From a virus (taxonomy: Duplodnaviria > Caudoviricetes), in the IMG/VR virus record IMGVR_UViG_3300036909_000003, positions 1 to 25,049 of that record: DNA of 25,049 bases. The stretch is one strand, 5' to 3'. Shown in pieces: positions 24,823 to 25,049 of the stretch; positions within the stretch are counted from its first letter, which is position 1; each line of letters begins with the position of its first letter. The notes under the pieces are model-generated. The model was not told the DNA's origin and made no database searches. It saw nothing but the letters and a program-made list of their open reading frames with translations. Made by a program: the position numbers and the translations under genes.

Positions 24823-25049
24823 CGCGCACCGCCTTCTTCCCTGTCGCTTGCTCCCAGCGCTGGCATATCACGTCGCAGTACGCAGGGCTTAACTCCATTA
24901 TATAGCAGCGCCGTCCGGTTTTCTCGGCGGCGATGAGGGTGGAGCCGGAGCCGCCACCAGGCGCGTGCCGTCCGACTGCACCACCAGCACATCTTCCATG
25001 CCAATAGCGCCCGCGTTCTCCGCTGTCTTGTTCCCGGCGATAATGCGCC
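24806..25049 (-). pseudogene. Internally deleted ParB-like/DNA methyltransferase fusion remnant
   Basis: One frame reads RIIAGNKTAENAGAIGMEDVLVVQSDGTRLVA (ParB-N-like) and stops at 24898. A different frame from 24958 reads GGGSGSTLIAAEKTGRRCYIMELSPAYCDVICQRWEQATGKKA, the N6/N4-MTase C-terminus, and stops at 24806. Confidence 0.75.

Overview
A 25-kb stretch of a tailed, contractile-tail (myovirus-type) phage or prophage. It holds an almost complete morphogenesis operon on the minus strand, running right to left: broken ParB/DNA-methyltransferase remnant, terminase small and large subunits, DUF1073-type portal, Mu-F-like head protein, DUF2213-type protease/scaffold, decoration protein, DUF2184-type major capsid, neck and head-tail genes, DUF3383 sheath, tube, frameshifting tail chaperones, tape measure with lytic transglycosylase, baseplate and tail fibres. 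Two accessory cassettes interrupt it, each with a sigma70-like promoter and a 47-aa ribbon-helix-helix gene. The first is a two-glycosyltransferase unit (18064-20142). The second, and the most interesting feature, is an opposite-strand cassette (13121-14733) encoding a stand-alone RAMP/Cas7-like protein. It is flanked on both sides by ~55-62 nt arrays with strict 5-nt periodicity (GGC/GNC + variable dinucleotide), making it a candidate CRISPR-independent RNA-guided system. All family names come from motif recognition and gene order, not from database searches.
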